Below, one piece after another: positions 61,832 through 64,000 of a DNA stretch of 64,000 nt; positions within the stretch are counted from its first letter, which is position 1; the number at the start of each line of letters is the position of its first letter. The position numbers and the translations under genes are program-made. This DNA is from Nitrosopumilus sp. (GTDB lineage: Archaea > Thermoproteota > Nitrososphaeria > Nitrososphaerales > Nitrosopumilaceae). The stretch lies in assembly GCA_965204345.1 (NCBI GenBank), contig OZ241981.1:672001-736000 (forward strand), given 5' to 3'. The notes below the pieces were generated by a model. It ran no database searches. It was given only the letters and a program-made list of their open reading frames with translations, and was not told the DNA's origin.

Positions 61832-63394
61832 TTAAAAAGAACTAGTTCTTTTTCTGGTTTTGCTTACTATTCCATAAAACAGCATGGCAGGTGCTACAAA
61901 ATACATTCCAATGTTCATCAGGATTACGCCAATGCCATACCCCAGAACTTCTGAATCAGACTCTGCATGTTCCATTACAGACAGAGATAACAGTAACGGA
62001 GTGATTCCAATCTTTACCATCTCCTGAAATGCCGGATTCTCTCTTTGCATATCAGCAACGTATGGTGAGAATGAGTAATACAGCTGGTTAAATCCTGTCA
62101 TAAAGGACATGCCAGATGCGGTATTCATTAGCTGGTTATCCCTTATCTCTCTTAGCTGCTGAACCTGTGGTGCCATCTCTGAGCCATATGCTGCAGTTGC
62201 AATTAGACATCCTCCGGTTTCATCATCAGTATCTTTTTGTGTCATTGCATCCTGAGATTTTTCACCCATGCTTGCAGAATCCTCAGAGTTCCATAGATCT
62301 TCACCGTCATAGGTTACCTGTTTTAGTCCTGCCTGCCCGAGTTTTGTTACGTTCTCATCAAGGGGGACATAAAGCAGGCTTGATGAGAATTTCTGGCCAT
62401 CAGTAATCATCCAGTTAATCAGGTGGATTACAGCTTTTGCCTGAGACTTGCTTTCAGTGACTGATTTTAGATCATCATACACAAGAAGGTATGTAAAGCT
62501 GGCTATTGGATATGAATCAGGACCTGGTGCATTTATCAGCGATACCCCAACCCAGCTATCCTCAGCTGCAGGCAGGGTATTTGCAACTCCGCCAGAGGCA
62601 GCAGATATGCTCTCCAGGGAGGGTTCTACAAAGGCACTCTTCTCGGCGTTCTGAATTGATGCATAGCTCATTCCGGTCTGAAATGCATATGCTAGTTCAA
62701 TGTATCCAATTGCATATTCAGTAGACTTTACAATGCCTGCAACTCCCTCGTTTCCTGCGGCTGCAAGACCTGAGGGCCATGGAACAGATTTTCCTTTGCC
62801 TATCTGCTCATCCCATGTGGGACTGACTACGGAGAGGTAGTCAGTGAATATGAAGGTGGTTCCAGAGCCGTCTGATCTGTGTGCAGTTACAATATCCTTG
62901 TCAGGCAGATTCAGATCTGGATTTTCTGCTGCAATTGCAGGATCATTCCATTTTGTGATATCGCCTAAAAATATTGCAGCAACGGTGTCGCCAGTCAGTT
63001 TTAGTCCCTTCTCTGGCACCTCAGGAACGTTGTAAACTAGGACCACACCCCCAAGTGATTCAGGTATGTGCAGTGTTCCGGCAGCCAGTTCCCTTTCTGC
63101 CTGGCTCATGGGCTTGTCTGATGCTGCAAAGTTGACTGTCTTTTCAATATGCTGCTTTATGCCGCCTCCGCTTCCAATGGACTGGTAGTTGAGGTTTACA
63201 TTAGGATACTCGTTGTTGTATTCAACCCTCCACAGATCAATTAACGGAAATGGGAATGTTGCACCAGCTCCTGTCAGATTATACTCTGCATTGGGATCAG
63301 GTGCCTTAGGCACAGACTCGGCGACAGCCTCCAATGGTGGCACCATCGCAATCAGTGTTGCGATCATCAGTATAGATGTCATTTGTTTTATCAT
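61832..63394 (-). CDS. pstS: Phosphate-binding protein with a thaumarchaeal C-terminal GGCLIATAAYGSE anchor domain
   Basis: GAGATFP, YQSIGSGGG, HRSDGSGTT, GNEGVA; C-terminal GGCLIATAAYGSEMAPQVQQLREIRD plus TM. Confidence 0.95.
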   Translation of the reverse strand: MIKQMTSILMIATLIAMVPPLEAVAESVPKAPDPNAEYNLTGAGATFPFPLIDLWRVEYNNEYPNVNLNYQSIGSGGGIKQHIEKTVNFAASDKPMSQAERELAAGTLHIPESLGGVVLVYNVPEVPEKGLKLTGDTVAAIFLGDITKWNDPAIAAENPDLNLPDKDIVTAHRSDGSGTTFIFTDYLSVVSPTWDEQIGKGKSVPWPSGLAAAGNEGVAGIVKSTEYAIGYIELAYAFQTGMSYASIQNAEKSAFVEPSLESISAASGGVANTLPAAEDSWVGVSLINAPGPDSYPIASFTYLLVYDDLKSVTESKSQAKAVIHLINWMITDGQKFSSSLLYVPLDENVTKLGQAGLKQVTYDGEDLWNSEDSASMGEKSQDAMTQKDTDDETGGCLIATAAYGSEMAPQVQQLREIRDNQLMNTASGMSFMTGFNQLYYSFSPYVADMQRENPAFQEMVKIGITPLLLSLSVMEHAESDSEVLGYGIGVILMNIGMYFVAPAMLFYGIVSKTRKRTSSF

Positions 63395-63678
63395 TGGATA
63401 ACCATAGATTCGACTTTATTTACAAATAACAAGTATAGACTATAGGAAAACAAGGTATCTATATTCACCATATAGAAATTAAGAAGATATAGAATTTGAT
63501 CGGCATTCAGATAAAGGCAATTTTTAAAATATAGTGGGATTTACTCATAGTAAACAGAATTTGCTTGGATGAGTCCTGACATTCAAAGCAAGGATGTTTT
63601 CTGATGCAAACTCATTTTTGATATGACTTTGTCTGTATCAGTTAGCAACACTCAGACTAGTTCCATACAGTAAACTAG

Positions 63679-64000
63679 TTAGTTACAGTTTACCAAAAGA
63701 TCGTTTTTAGAGTCAGCTGGGAAATAGCATCGATCAGTGCCATCACCGCCATCTAACACATCAGCACCAGAATCAGAGTATAATAGATCAGTTCCAAGAT
63801 GTCCCTTTAGAATATCGTTGCCTGAATTTCCTCGAATCATATCGTCTCCATCATTGCCATAGATGACATCATCGCCATCGCCGCCAAATATGCAGTCATT
63901 TCCCAGTCCGCCAGAGATAAGATCGTTTCCTGCCAGACCAAAGATCAGATCATCGCCATCAGTTCCAGTAAGGACATCATCGCCCAAAGTTCCCTCTATC
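63679..64000 (-). CDS. C-terminus of an RTX/hemolysin-type Ca-binding repeat protein (starts beyond the window)
   Basis: Repeated GxxGxDx(I/L)x nonapeptides. Confidence 0.85.
   Translation of the reverse strand, partial: IEGTLGDDVLTGTDGDDLIFGLAGNDLISGGLGNDCIFGGDGDDVIYGNDGDDMIRGNSGNDILKGHLGTDLLYSDSGADVLDGGDGTDRCYFPADSKNDLLVNCN

Overview
This window looks like a Nitrosopumilaceae-type (Nitrososphaerota/Thaumarchaeota) chromosome segment, possibly host-associated (serpin, heavy accessory-gene decay). It has four zones. (1) 1-10.7 kb is an AT-rich accessory array of mostly minus-strand genes and gene fragments (serpin fusion, AAA ATPase with a truncated partner, PaREP1/protease chimera, Clp-fold protease, membrane proteins). 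They are separated by eight co-oriented full or partial copies of a ~160-bp element with IS6-like terminal inverted repeats; a ninth copy lies at ~35 kb. (2) 10.7-24.1 kb is intact core genes (purN, folD, purD, ileS, dps-like, sucCD, rpl40e) ending in an intron-containing tRNA-Val(CAC). (3) ~24.1-54.9 kb is an AT-rich defence/mobile island. It starts with an integrase remnant and carries Fic, two type II R-M loci (one with a G10 tract frameshifting the methyltransferase), orphan antitoxins, an intact TIR-APAZ + short Argonaute operon, IS6- and IS481-like remnants, an iteron-like repeat cluster, an HNH protein and an intact 1081-aa HEPN-like/helical protein. (4) 54.9-64 kb holds arsenic genes, sbtAB, phoU-pstBACS and the 3' end of an RTX-repeat protein. 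All family calls come from recognising motifs by eye; no database searches were run.
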